DNA of 64,000 nucleotides, from the NCBI GenBank assembly GCA_013265495.1, contig MU057377.1:62001-126000 (forward strand). Reading direction: 5' to 3'. Below are positions 35,721-49,536 of the stretch, one piece after another. This DNA is from Vicugna vicugna (lineage: Eukaryota). A program made the position numbers and the translations under genes. The notes under the pieces are model-generated. The model was given only the letters and a program-made list of their open reading frames with translations. It did no database searches and was not told the origin of the DNA. The first letter of the stretch is position 1, and each line of letters starts with the position of its first letter.

Positions 35721-37879
35721 AGATGGAAGAAGAACAATGCTGACAGTGCTTACATCCGTGTCAGAAGCCAAAGTAAGATGCGACTGTCGCAGCAAGGAGC
35801 AGGCTGTAAGGACCAGGCTAACGTCACTTGAGGAGAAATGCTGCTCAGGACAGTGACAGGTGGCACTGTTGTGTGGGAATTGATATGAGGCAACGTTTTG
35901 TGCCTGCAACAGGTGTGCTGTGGAGACTGCTGGTTAGTCGCTCACGGGGCAGAGCTGAGCTGCTGGGTGTCCTGTTTACAAAGTGGGTAAGGAATTTAGA
36001 GTGCCGGCTAGGTTTTCAGCATTTAGGGAATTCATTTCTTAATTTCTGATACCATCTGGCTTGCTTCTTTAGTCTCACTGTGCTGCACCTCGTAAAATCC
36101 TGTGTTCTAATGGCTTAGGATCCAGAAGGATTCGTGTTGGAAGCCCATTTGTGTAACTTCGGGGAAGTTCTCTTTCTGAGTCCAGTCTGTAAGAGGGGGA
36201 GAAAAACTGGCCTCACTCAGTTGTGACGATGGAAGGAAAAATATATTCAAAATACGTAGTAAGTCTCTCAGCACATTTTTTTTTTGTTTTTCAGTTCAAG
36301 TAATAGGCAACTATACACAAGAAGACCACAGAACTCACCGTACAAAGCCATGATATTTTCTGGTGTAAAAGGGAGCGTTACTGGGTAATTACACTGGGAA
36401 ATTAAAGTATTTAGTTAAATATTAAGCTGCGACGGACCCTCACTACATTTCTTTCTGAAAAGCGGACAAAGGAATGAGAAAAACTTTTTAAAAACCGTAT
36501 AAGCCATTGAGTAAAAAGCTAAAAAGCTTGCATCATGAGAGGTGGCCCGTGGGTTTCTCTACATGTATGTCGAAGTCGAAACCTCATTGTGGGGGTGCCT
36601 GACAGCTGTCTCTGAAAACAGCAACGCGCACATCGATGAACTGCAAACGCCACTTCTCTGTCGCATTCTTTCTTCTCAAACTTTCTGGCTGATGCATCAT
36701 GACTGTCCTGAGTAATTAGGGAGACTAGTAATCAGGGCCTAAAAAAGCCAGGTTTGTGCCTACCTAGATTCCAGAGTGAGTAAGTCTGGGGGCAGAAACC
36801 GAATTCATGGGCTGGCCTTTGCAGAGCAGGGCGGCAGGGGCCGCTGTGCTACGTGGTACGGTAATGCGTGGGGGTCGGGGGCCGACGTTGTCAGAGACCT
36901 TCTGCCATGTCAACGTTACTGTATTTTTATGTTCTGAATTCCTTCACTGGAAGCAGGGACAAGAGATACAGTGAGATTGCCACTGAAATACTGCTGCCTC
37001 CTTTCATGGGTGCCGCGAAGCCTCCTGGTTGCGTCTGGTAGCATCTGGTAGCATTTAATACTGTGTTTATAAGCACACCGCGGGAACCTGATTCTATGCT
37101 TGGCAGACAAACTGCACGGAGAATCTCAGCCCAAGCAGCTTCTGTCCTAACAGGTTAGTCAGCACACGCCCGAGTCTCACCCGACAGCCCCGGGCACACC
37201 GAGTCCGCGGGCTGGGCTCCCACCCACTCTGGGCTTCCGACAGGAGCCCTCTGGAACAGGGGCATTGGGTACAGTGTGGGGACGCCTACCCTTCGGTTCC
37301 TAGCACTGAAGGACTGATTGCAGGGCATGTGGCGGGTCATCCTACGAGTCACTTCCACAGATCCTGTGCTGATTCCATAGGTCCTGTGATCCCCGAGAGC
37401 CTGGCCTGGGCCAGGAGGCTGCCAGGCTCCGCCTGCGGGGCCGACACAGTGCCACAGAATGTGGGGCAGCCGGGAGGCGACACAGCTTCCTGGTGAGCGC
37501 CAGGCCGCGGCTCCCTTCCTCTCCTGCTGAATTTATGCCAGCTTTTCTTGCTCTGTGTTTTAAGCTTTCTGTCACTTATCATCAAAATAATTGGACTGTG
37601 TTTTTCACTTTTGCACAGGGTCTTCTGGGGCAAGGAATCATGAAAGAAAGTCCAGAGAAGATGAAGAAGCCACTAACCTGAGTCTGAAATTTTAACCAAT
37701 CCCTGGGCTCAGAGCTTGCGGGGCATCTCTATACAGGGGCCGAAAGGACACCCCTCCGCTCGAGTTGTCTGCCTCCAATGCCTGGGTATTGTGATGGTGT
37801 GACGGTGACAGCCCAAGGTCATGGGCTGGCAGTGTGGGCTGGTTCTCCGGAGCAATATCCGCCTAGACCCCCTGTGCAT

Positions 37880-38560
37880 CCTGGGGTTCGACAGGCTTCA
37901 ACCTTTCAATGTTTGAAGCAGAATGTGGGGTTCCTTCCTCACCCTAGACCATCACATTCCTTCTGTCCCTCACCAAATGGCCTCAAAGCTCAGAGCTACA
38001 AGCCTTTGAAATCTGACGACTTACCGTTCTCAATGCAGCGGGAAAGCAGAGCCTGGCTTCTGCCGTGGGTTGTAGCAGTGGCCAGGTGGAGAGCTGCCTC
38101 CTGTGCCTGTATTCCTTCAGTAGCTTCACTGAGAGGAGAGCACAATTCACAGGCTTTACCATGACTTGCAAAACCCCTTTGTCATCTGGCCCCTGCCGAC
38201 CCCTCTGACTTTCTCTCTCACTGCTCTCACCAGCCACCCTGGTTTTCCTGAAATGTGCCACACTGGTCCAGCTTCAGGGACTCTGATCACCTGTTCTCTT
38301 GGCCAGGAAGCCTCCCTCCCGGGTCTGCAGCTCAAACGTCCCTCCCTGAGCGAGGCTGGCCTTGTCCATCCCAGCTGACCTGGCCCTCCACCCATCACCA
38401 CCTCAACATTCTGTTTATTTCCTTCTTAGTGCGCATTACTATCAGAAATTTTATTATTGATGCACTTACATGTCTATTAACTAGACCGTAAGCTCTATGA
38501 GGGCAGAAATCACATGGTCCCTAGTGATAAAAATGATACAAGCTTAGGCAAAGAATCCGA
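37880..38560. mobile_element. L2 fragment
   Basis: caaacgtccctccctgagcgaggc...ctagaccgtaagctctatgagggcag. Confidence 0.65.
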
Positions 38561-41500
38561 ACATCAGCAAAGAGCAGTGCCTTGTAACCAGCGAGAGAAC
38601 ACACATCACATACTCCACCTAAGTCAGCTCGGAGCCAGGACGCACAGAGCCCTCCGGGAGGGGCAATGCACGTGGGGCAGGTACAAAACAGCTTAAAACA
38701 AAAGGACAGCATCTTGACGGACTTTGCTCACTTAAAGGAAGCGGGCAAGACTGGACAGCACAGTGGTGGCCGCACCTCAGGAGAGAGCGGAGCCCGGAGC
38801 CGGACGAGGAGCAGGAAGCCCAGTGGACGCTCGAGAGGAGATACTAGTTCAGGGGGCCTCTGGCCCAGCCCACCATCAGATGATCACCAGTTCCAGTCTC
38901 CCAGGCAGCTCTTCTGAGTCCCCATCTCCTGTGATACCCAGCTTCGCAACATAAGACAGCTTACCTCCACTGGCTGTGTTTTTTTCCATAGGTCCCCACC
39001 TCACATAGAAAATTCTCACTGCAGAATTTTTTTTCTAATACGTAATTTTAATGTAGTAAGTCAAAAGCCTTGTGTTGAATGGAGACTCATACAGCAAATA
39101 CACAATATTAAAATAATAGGAATCCTAAGGTCTATTTTGGATTTTGATGGTTACAGAGAATTAAACTTTCGTTTTGCTTTTTTATCTTTGAGAACTAGGA
39201 AACCCAGTTTCTAGACCAAGACTTTCCCTAAGGACCTTGTTTGTCTATGAACAAATTACACTAAGAAAGTTTCAGCTTTAGCTTTCATTATCTATAAAAT
39301 GGAGTAGTAACAAGGCTTCCGGCGTATTTTAGTTCTGTGTAACAAACTCTTTCAGTTTGTTATAGAAACGCTTTTGATTATCCTACAACTTGTACGAAGG
39401 GCTTTTAAAGAAAGGTATGACCATAAAAACATTTAATCCTGCTTATGATTTAGGTATGGAAAGATATCAGGGAGGGATTTGCTCTATGATCCTATGTTTG
39501 AATTGAAATATAGACCGGCTGAAGTTAAGCTAATGAGAGAGAGAGAAGAAATATATGTGCTTTATAAAGAAAATTGCTTTTAAAAATGGCTCAGCAGTAT
39601 TTTCCAGGCTGACTTCTATTTCCTGGTGCCTCCGGCAAGCAGGGGAAAGTGCATTCTTTCACACAGGCTTTCCTGGAGTAAGATGTCCCTGGAGAGTTCG
39701 CTTCCTGCCTCATCCTGTACAGGACCTGTTTTACCTACTAATCTATACCTCACAGGACTATGGAGAGACCCAGCTAATAAAAAATGGTCATAAAGCACCT
39801 GGCAAAATCACAACAACTATAAAAAGGATACATGCAAATGTGGAAAGACTTGTCTTTCTGGTACGTACACAAAGTCTTTGTGCGTGAAATGGTAGAGTGA
39901 CTCAAATGGGAAAGCTTTTTTTCTCCCGCTTTCATGAATTGGAAGTCGTTTTGCCAGCTGGCTTGCTGGAGTGAGTTGTTTAGAACTCAGTTATAGGCCA
40001 CTTGATTTAAAACCTTCCTTCTAATTCTAATCTTAGGCCTCTCCTCCTGATTTCAAGCAGGCATGACTTAAGAATTCATACCTGCTTGTTTAAAGGGGAA
40101 GAGGAAGATGTGTTAAAAATCAGAGAGGGAAATAAATGGGTCGTGTGGGGATCATGGCCTTGTGTCATCGTGGAACAGGAATTACTCGCATCTATTTGGT
40201 AGTTTATTAAGGTACTGTGGTGAGAACACAGCATAGTTACCTTGCACAGGGCACCTACTAGTGTCCTATGTTTCTGATCCACAGTTCAACCCAGGGGAGG
40301 TGAAGGGACGTCCAGGAGGTGGCTGTGCAGCGCCGCCGGCCCACGCTGGAACAGGGAGAGCAGGCGATGGGGCTGGGCCATGGGTCCTGATCCCTCCTCC
40401 ATTCCTGCCAAGCTCAGCCATCCTGTCTCAGGAGGATAGGAAAAGGCTGCTGGAAACGTGCACTGAGTCCTCTTTGCAAAGGAAGCAAAATTCCCACCAA
40501 CCTAAGAAGGGCCTCGATCAGCTTCACAAGCCGTTTGCTGTCCCTTCCTTCCCAGCGAGGACTGCAAGCCGAGGTTGTCTTACCAGAAACCTGCCGGTGT
40601 GCTGAATCTGCAGCATCGGAAACGACACAAAGATAAGAAAGACATCTGTATTTTGAAGCCTGGGAGAGACCTCTCCGTCCTAGCTTATCTGTGTCTTGTC
40701 CTTATTTACACTAGTAAGGAAAGGGGTCAAACATTTCGGAGTTCTGAACCTCTGTTGATCAGTTCAGGGAACTTCTGCCGCGGAACTAGCCCTTCTGACC
40801 TGATACTTGACTGAGTTCTTTCCACTGGCAAGTAGCATTTTTCTTTTTCTCCCTAGAATGGATCAGATATAAATGCACGGACTGTTTGCCTAGTTGTCTC
40901 CTTGCATTTTAGGAAAGGAGAACTTGCTGTACAGGAATGTGTCTGGATTATTTAGATCAGGATTAGGGCTTCTTAGAGGGGATACTGATTTTGTTGAACT
41001 TTTTTTTAAATTTCAAGGTATTTTATTTAGTTAGTTATGTATTGAGGAATAGTCAGGTACAACATGTCCGTCTGCGGCGTGCAGCATAATGCCCCAGTCA
41101 CACGTATACTGTTGAACTATTAACACCACCTTAGATGCACTTGTGTGTCCCCCCAGTAAATTCTAATGCCATCACTCACTGGCTGTGACTACTCAGGCTC
41201 GGGGAGGATTAAATGGGTGTGAGCAGAGCCGCCAGACAATGCAGATGGCTTGCTTTGTGTGGAGTATCTGGTGGGTGGGGTCAGGAGAGCCTTTCCCACG
41301 CAGTGCCACAGGGTTACACAAACACTTCTGGGTTTCTGGCGACCCGAGTGCGGCTCCTGAGTCACGACGAGACTCCGTCTCCTCTGATCACAGTGTGTTG
41401 CTGATACTTTGCTTCCAATATTCTTTTTTTCCTTAACTCCAAGGACTGTTTTGAGTTTTCCAATGTCTGGCAGATTGAGGCACGAAGGTACAAGTGGACC

Positions 41501-43049
41501 AAAAGAGGTCGGTTGGAGGTAAGAGAATCTGATTTTATAATTTGGGGCAAATCACCTGAAACAGGAAGGCGGGAAGGGGAGAGAATATCTTTGCTGTGTT
41601 ATTGTTGAGAATTTTACTATCTTTTTCACCAAAGATTTAACAGCAGAAGAAGCAGATACTGTCATTTCCCATTTGCAGCTTATAAATATTGGGATATGTT
41701 TAGATTTGGTATTAAAGATATTGGGAATGACCCGAGCCCTTTGTCTCCAAATTGGAAGACAACTTTTTTCCTTCTTTTTCTTTTTTCCCTTAAGACAACT
41801 TTTTTTCTTGAAGTTGGCTTTCAAATTAATATAGAATGCTAACTGTGCATAGCCTTATGTGGTGTGAGAGCCACTCAAGGGAGTGGGGAAAGATATTGCT
41901 CCCAAATCGTCCCATCTCTCTCTCTCTATTTTAAAAGTACTTCATATGTCACTTTGAAGGAGAATTTTACCTTTAGAGTCAAATTCATGACAGTGCTGCT
42001 GGGGATAAAAAGAATAACATTCTTAGAGAATGTTCTTTTTACCAACACTGTCTCCATTGGCCTTAAAAAGCAGGTCCTCCTGAAATATTTTCAAGATGGT
42101 TTTCTAAAGATGTCAAGAAATTTGGCTAGTTAAATAGTTTATACAAAGGATTTTTCTTCCACAACAAACGAAGGTGGTGCCACTCTTGCTGAATTTCTCC
42201 AGGGAGGCAGCAACAGGCAGCAGCGCAGGCTGCGCCTCTGGGATTGCCTGACTTGGACGCACGCTGACTGTAGCTCACCAGAGGGCTGTGTCTAAAAGCT
42301 CGTTTCTAATAACTGTTTGGAACTCAAAACCTTGATATAAATTGGTGAAGCTCATAGCCTACATGAGCCTAGTTAAGTTGTATTAAATTTGAAACATTAT
42401 TACGGGGGTTATTTTTGAAAGTACCATCCTAGAGGTGACAATACTGCTTCCCACTCCAAAGGGGGAGGAGCTGTCAGGGAAGGCACTCCTGGGTATCAGA
42501 GTCTCTTCATTTCCGTCGAAGGCATGTTTCCTCATGGATACGGGGTGTGGGTGGGGGCCGGGGGCCCAGGGGTTACCTTTGCAGTTAGTGTTATACATTG
42601 GTAAGCAAAACAGCTGACTCACTAAGGCCCTGAACTCACATTTCCCCACACCCCTAACACATAAGGATGGGTAAGTCAGGGACTCTCTGTGTATGGGCTG
42701 AGGAAGGTAGATTACTAGGTGGATAAAAAGCTGTTTATTAGTTCATTTTTACATGATCGTATAATCAAAACTAATCAATCACGATGTCTAGTCAAAACTT
42801 CGACTGAAATTAATGAAAGATTTAGAGTGAAAGATTTTGAAAATTATTAAAGGCATTTGAGAGCAGTCAAGGAAGTGAGCAATACTCGGGGGTGGAGGTG
42901 AGGAACAAGGAAGGTAGCCACCAGAGCCGCCTTTCATCCAGAGGGGGTATGTTAAACTGCATGAGCTTGTGGACCTGTTAGCGTGGCCAGAGTGGGCATA
43001 AGGCCCTTCCTAACGTGGGAGGTCCAGTAGGCCACCCGTCAGAGAGAAA

Positions 43050-45050
43050 AGTAATACAAGCTGAAAACTAAATGGCTGACTTTAACAGAAGGTGAGACAA
43101 AGCCAGAGAAAGAATTAAGGAAAAGGAGATATTTATGAAATTATCCAGAATTCAACCTAGAAAAAGAAAGAAAAAGAAACTGTGAAAGACATGTGAAGAG
43201 AGTAGTAAGGAAGGCAGAGAACCCGTGTGTAATCAGAGATCCCGAAGGAAGGAGGAGGAGGCGTGGGTGCAGCGTCTCCCAGAACCGACGAAAATCACCC
43301 GTAGAGTCAAGAAAACCAAAGGAACCAAGGAGGATGGAATAAAACAGAAATTTCATCTCGATTGTCATGCTAAGTGAAGGAAGCCAAAAAGAGAAAGAAA
43401 AATACCATATGATGTCGCTCATATGTGGAATCTAAGAAAATGAGACAAGGGAACTTATTTACAAAACAGAAACAGACTCACAGACACAGAGAACAGACTT
43501 GTGGTTACGGGGCCAGGGAGGGGGAGTGGAGGGTAAGTCGGGAGGCTGGGATTTGCAGATACTAACTACTATGTATAAAGTGAATGAACAGCAAGGTCTG
43601 ACTGTATACCAGTGTATACCGACTGTATGCTCAATACCTTGTAATAGCCAATAACAAGAATATGAAAAGGAATATATATATGTATGTGTGTATAACTGAG
43701 TCACCATGCAGTACACCAGAAACTAACACACTGACGTTGTAAACCAATTATATTTCAATTACAAAACAAACTCAGGCAGTTAAGCACACACACAAAATCT
43801 TCACGTCAGTGCTTCACTGTGAATCCAGAAGACTAAACACAAGTGAAAAATCTTAAAAGCAGAGAGAGAAGGCAGATCACACTTCAGACTACTTTCAACA
43901 TTGTAACTAGAGATGCTAGAGGACAGTGTAATGACATTGGAAATATACAATTTGGAATTCTTGATCGTTTTGCAAGAGTGGGAATGAAATGCATACATTC
44001 TTCATCCAAACAGAAAGTGAGAGAACCAGTCAGCAGCCACGGCATGTGTTTTAGGCAGAAGGAGGGCGATCACAGATGGGCGATCTGGGACTCAAACAAG
44101 AGCAAAGAACAAAATAAGCTGTAAACTTCTGGGTGAATCTAAACATCGATGGCCTACAACAACATCAATAATGTATTGTAGTCTGGGACGGTTCTGACAG
44201 GTGCTTGTATTGTTTGGCAGAAGGGCTGATGTACTGCTAACCTCTGGATTTAAGCAGGTAAGTTTGCCTGTTAAAATTTCTAGGGGAATCACTAACTGAA
44301 TAGGAACAGAGTACATAACTTCCAAACTAGAATCAAGGAGACGAGGATGCATTAAAAAAAAAAATCAATCCTAAAGAAGGCAGAGGTGAGAGGAAAAAAA
44401 AACAACACAGATCTGGAGAAAACAAATGGGAGGTACAACATTGGAGAGTAGAAATAAATTCAAATTTGTCAACAATTATAATACCTGCACTGGTCTAAAT
44501 GTGGGATCTAAGAGTCAGTGATTATCAGATGAGATTAAAGTCACAATTAACATTTGTTAGATAAATCTAATGACTTGCAAAGGTTTGATGTAAGAGGATG
44601 AAGGGAGGTACACTAATACTAGGCAAATGCTAATCAAAAGAAAGCTGTTTAGATACTAAGGCAAAAGCACTGCTGGAGTTTAAGACAGTCACAACAATGA
44701 TACGTCTACCAGACAGATGTAATAATTATGAACCGGTTTGCATATATTAACACAGCCCCAAACCCTAGAAAGCAAAAAATGAAAGAACTACAAACTGAGG
44801 TAAGACCAATCTACCATCCTATTGGGAGATTTTAATTCATCTCTCCCATTAATCAAATTGTGTCAAGCAGATACAAATCCAGTAATGGAAGATGTCAACC
44901 ACACAACCATAAAATTTGATCAAGGACGTATTTTTAGAGCACTTACCCAAAGCTGCAGAATATATACACACAAAACAAGTTAAAATATGCTCAAAACATT
45001 TTAAAAGATTACTAGCTTATAGACGATGTTCTTTGAGAACAATACAGACC
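43050..45050 (+). mobile_element. Ancient L1ME-like ORF1-ORF2 remnant interrupted by a younger L1 3' end
   Basis: aaaatcttaaaagcagagagagaa...gatgctagaggacagtg (ORF1); aggcaaatgctaatcaaaagaaagctg...gggagattttaattcatctctc (ORF2 EN, GDFN motif). Confidence 0.7.
43355..43770 (+). mobile_element. Cetartiodactyl L1 3' end nested in the older L1
   Basis: gtcatgctaagtgaaggaagccaaaaagagaaagaaaaataccatatgat...acaaaacagaaacagactcacagac...caccagaaactaacaca. Confidence 0.88.
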
Positions 45051-45576
45051 AAAGCCTTTGACTACTGCAGTCCTGAAAAATGTTAATATCAATTGTCAAG
45101 CAGAAAATATTCCTGAAATATGATCTTGGGAGACTTTAATACCAAACTGAAGGCTTGCTCTTTTAGATTTCTCTACCAGTCACGTTAGAAGTTCTACAAG
45201 AAGTGAGTACTGCTGAAATTTTACTACTGGTTTCAATAAACATCTCACCAAGATAACTGTATACAAAATTCTTTTTTTTCAGTAATTTTAAACAAATCAG
45301 GCAAATTGTGTTCATCTTTGTTTCTATTCCTTTTATCTCAGTAATATCAGAATAGACAGATAAACCTCTTATTATGGTCATACCTAAAAGCTGGTTTAAA
45401 AAGATTTGTATGTACATGTGTAGTATTTCCCTCTCATGTACTTAAATGGAAAAAATATATATATATTATGCAGGGGTATGACTGCCACTTAAATCCCAAC
45501 GAATGGTTGGGGAAAACAGCTGTGTTAATATTGCTTCAGCACAAATTAAAAACTCCTGAAGCAGGCATCCTAGGTA

Positions 45577-45630
45577 GGCTGGCTGGCTGGCTGGCTGGCT
45601 TTCTTTTCTTTTCTTTTCTTTTCCTTTCTT
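45577..45630. repeat. (GGCT)n plus (TTTTC)n simple repeats
   Basis: Read directly from the sequence. Confidence 0.9.
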
Positions 45631-46649
45631 TGGTTCCTTTCTTTGGAGAAGAATTAATTATGAAAGGGGAAGTTTCAGACATTTAGTGACACTTGGAGCA
45701 GAAGTGGTTTTTTCAGTTTACAGATTTTTTTCAAGGCTTTGGACTATGGTAACTTCTTAGGTAGAAAAGAGTTTTATTTGGGGAAAAAATGATGTGGTAT
45801 ATTTTACCTCATTGTGAAACTGAAATCCACAAAACGATTTCTCAAAAGATCACACAAATTGGTAGCACTTTTAAACTTGAACATCATATTGTTCATGTAA
45901 TGTACAAGTAATAATTCCCATTTTACAAATGAAGGAACTGAGAAACTGAAGTTGTATGTCACCCCAAGTCAAGCTATGACAACACATAATGCTAAATTTT
46001 TTTTATCCTCCATTGTGTCCTGACATCATTTTTGACTGTTAGGTCTGTGGCGATGCAGTATGCCTTGTTTTGTTGACCAGGTAACAACCATCTTTGGCAA
46101 GAACGTTTAAGATGGGTATAATTGAGTTTAATTTTAGGTTCTTGATTCTAAATTCTTTATTTAACTCCCAAGACGTCTTGTTTGACTTTTATGTCTCATG
46201 ACTCACACTCTTCATACCACATTCGGTTTCCTCTCATCTCTTACCTTTTGCATGAATACACTCTGAAGCAACCCCTATTTGGATAAAACCCACTGAGGCC
46301 ATGTGTCAAGGGTGGTAAGTCTTCTGCGGAAGATCTCTGTAGCCCAGCCCTGGCTGACCTTTAGAATGTCCATCCTGAGGCTTTTCCTCTTCTCTTAGTA
46401 GATCCTAGATAAGAGGCAGCAGATCAGGGAGGGAGGCGGTATTAAGGTTGAGGTCGACTCAGCGTTAGGTGGCCTTGCTCTGAAGTTCAGCGTTTCCACT
46501 GCCCACTGGGTTGGCTTGGCCTGTTTCTTCGTCTATAAAATGCTGATCACAGTATTCACCCAGTAGAGTTACCCCAAGTACTGAGACGCTGCCTATAAGC
46601 TGTGTGCCCTGAACTCAGGGCTCTGTGCACTTTAGCTCTATCTTAGCCC

Positions 46650-47910
46650 CTCTGGCTCCCTGCTCTCCGCGCCCTCTGAGCTCGCGGGCTCCCAATCCAC
46701 GAGGCCTGTCACTGCCTCAGTGTGTCCCCAAGGGAGTCCCGGGCCGCGCTGCAGCCCGTGGCACAGGGAGGTCCGTGTCCCATGTGTGCAGACGAGATAT
46801 TTTGCTCCTTGACAGGCCTATTTGGCAGGTGCACACGTCTGAACATTCCTGAATCAGGAGGGGGCGGCTCTGGATTTCCAAGCGGTCACCGGGCCCAGCC
46901 CGGGGGAGGGGGAGCAGGAGCGTCTCCTGGAGCTCGGATTTTGCAGGCTGAAATGGAGTGAAACGCCCCAAACCCACCGCGAAGCTTCCAGCAAACGCTG
47001 TCAATGAGCGCTCGGATTCCGGGTGGGTGCACAGGGGCGGGGAGCCCTGCGGGGCGAGGTGCTTTGTCAGTGACTCTGCTTTCCGGAGGTGGGTGGTGGC
47101 GGGGAGGTGGCGGCGGCGGGGTGGCTTGCAGCCCTGACTGGCTCCGGGGCCAGGAGCCGGCGGGTCCGGCGCTCAGCACCCCGGGGCACCTGGCGTTCCG
47201 GTTGCAAAGCGGCCCGCGGGCCATCGGGCGGCCCCCGCGCCCCCNNNNNNNNNNNNNNNNNNNNNNNNNNNNNNNNNNNNNNNNNNNNNNNNNNNNNNNN
47301 NNNNNNNNNNNNNNNNNNNNNNNNNNNNNNNNNNNNNNNNNNNNNNNNNNNNNNNNNNNNNNNNNNNNNNNNNNNNNNNNNNNNNNNNNNNNNNNNNNNN
47401 NNNNNNNNNNNNNNNNNNNNNNNNNNNNNNNNNNNNNNNNNNNNNNNNNNNNNNNNNNNNNNNNNNNNNNNNNNNNNNNNNNNNNNNNNNNNNNNNNNNN
47501 NNNNNNNNNNNNNNNNNNNNNNNNNNNNNNNNNNNNNNNNNNNNNNNNNNNNNNNNNNNNNNNNNNNNNNNNNNNNNNNNNNNNNNNNNNNNNNNNNNNN
47601 NNNNNNNNNNNNNNNNNNNNNNNNNNNNNNNNAGGCCTGCGGGGCCGGCGGGGCCGGGCGGCGGGGCGGGGGCCGGCGCGGCCCGGGCCGCGAGCGTCCG
47701 ACGTGCGGCCGGGCGCTTCTCGTCGCGGCTGTGTTCCTGCCGTGAGACCGGCCTTTCCCCTGGAAGCGCGTCTGTCGGCGGGTCCCGGGCTTTCCTGCTC
47801 TTTCTCTTCCTGTGAAATTAGAGGGGATTATCTGGGCGCCGAGCCCGCAGAACGGTACCCAGTGGGGAGCGTTCTGGTGTGTTTGCTCAGGCATCCCTCA
47901 GGGCGGGTCT
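46650..47910 (+). promoter_or_regulatory. DENND1B: CpG-island promoter / first-exon region of DENND1B
   Basis: Very high GC and CpG with multiple GC boxes (ggggcgggg at ~47034 and ~47663). It lies ~1.9 kb upstream of DENND1B exon 2. Confidence 0.88.
47245..47632. other. Assembly gap (388 N), inferred to contain DENND1B exon 1 with the start codon (MDCRTK)
   Basis: N-run at the centre of the CpG island. No ATG-GAC-TGC exon is visible on either flank, and exon 2 begins in phase 2, so an upstream coding exon is required. Confidence 0.75.
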
Positions 47911-49184
47911 TCTTCAGGTCATTAGTTAGGTAAAAAGCTACGTGGCTGTGTAGTGGTTTGGTTTTGGGGATGGTAGAGGCATGAGTTTTATATTTTTCCC
48001 CCCAGAAACTTAGTTGGGGAAGAATTCTTTCTTCCCCTGCCCCTGCTTCACACCCCCCGAGTGTAAATTAGTGAGTATCGCCCCCCATGAATTCATGACT
48101 AAAATAATGAATATCCGGTGTGTTTATGCTGGTGTGAAAGGCCTTTAAAATTCTCCACTATCATGGAATCAGTATTTAATTTTTACACCTAAGAGAGGCT
48201 CTAAAGGATATTAGGCAAACAGGAGAATTATGTAAGTTAGAGTTGTTTTTTTCGGTGTTTGACATCTTGGCGGTGGGGGGCAGGCTGCGGAGGGGGCAGG
48301 TATGTAACTTAGAAAGTACACCTTTTGACATTAACTGAATTATGAGGGAGGAGGTCACCTGAATCCAGATCATTCCCTTTGAAACAAGTTAGCTAGTGGG
48401 AGCGCTGAGGAAAAGTCTATTTGCAAGTCAGTTTATATGGCTTGTCACTGCCTATGTTTCTAGATTCTTGTAATAATTTTTTCAAAAGAGTGTTTATTTA
48501 GAAGCCAGAGCTGGCATACTAAAAACAGCCCATGTACACAGACACTAAGATGTCCTGGAGGAATTACTGAAATATATTAACACTTTGGTCACATGGACAT
48601 TGTGGTATCAGACTTTGCTTGATCTTTTATCTTTTGGCAGAAAGAGATTAAAACAGAACCGTTTTTTTCTTTAAAAAAAAAACAGAACCATGTTTTTGAA
48701 AAATGTCTCAATAGGTTTTAATTCGCTTTTTGAATTTAAACCAAAGAATACGTTGAATGCGTGACAAGTTAGCAAAGACATTGATAACTTATGAATGAAG
48801 CAAAGTAACCTTACTGCTCCTAGTGGGAAAATCTAATACTGAGGCAGATGTTCAGTTTCCCCAAAGATAACTGACATAACATAGGGCTTTTTTTGCGTTT
48901 TGGTTGGCCTAGGAGCAATGTATAGTTTGGTACTTTGAACATGCTTATGTACCGTAATTACACCTCAATAAAAGCATATGCAGAGTATCACGTTTAAGGA
49001 GCATTATAAGTGTTTTAAGGTGGGTGGTCGAGGACGGGGCAGGTGGAACCAGATGTTCATTAACCTCTGTACTGCAAGTCCTTTGAAGGAAGCCTGAGAG
49101 CGTGCTGTCAAGCTCTGCTGGTAGGGACAGTTAGGGACACTTAGGAACGTACTGGCTTTACAATTTTGATTCAGTAAGATAGGC

Positions 49185-49410
49185 AATGCTTTATATTCAT
49201 ACAGCTCTTAATACTTTATAAAGTGCTTCCATTTATATTATTTGATTTGTGATCCTCACAATTATTCTGCGAAGCAGACAAGGCACTTTATAGGTGAGAA
49301 GACAGGTTCAGAGATTCAGTGTTTTTCCCTAAGTCTCAAAACTTCTAAGCCTCAGCACTCTTAAGTGGCTGAACTAGGAAAACACTTTATTTCTTCTCCA
49401 TTGTGGTTAT
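49185..49410. mobile_element. MIR fragment in intron 1
   Basis: tttgtgatcctcacaattattctgcgaag...tttataggtgagaagacaggttcagaga. Confidence 0.6.
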
Positions 49411-49536
49411 AGCATTACATGGCATAGAGACAGGAACAAGAGTAGTTTTTAGGGTTAAGAAAATATAAACTTTATTAGAGATGCTTAACTATTTGTCGTG
49501 GGACATAAATGTAACAAAGTTCTTTTTTTTTTTTAG

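Noticed and set aside
47004..47933. 309-aa, 275-aa and 218-aa ORFs across the CpG island
   Set aside because: Their length comes from the N-gap and GC-rich, stop-poor sequence. They show no similarity to DENND1B or any protein I know.
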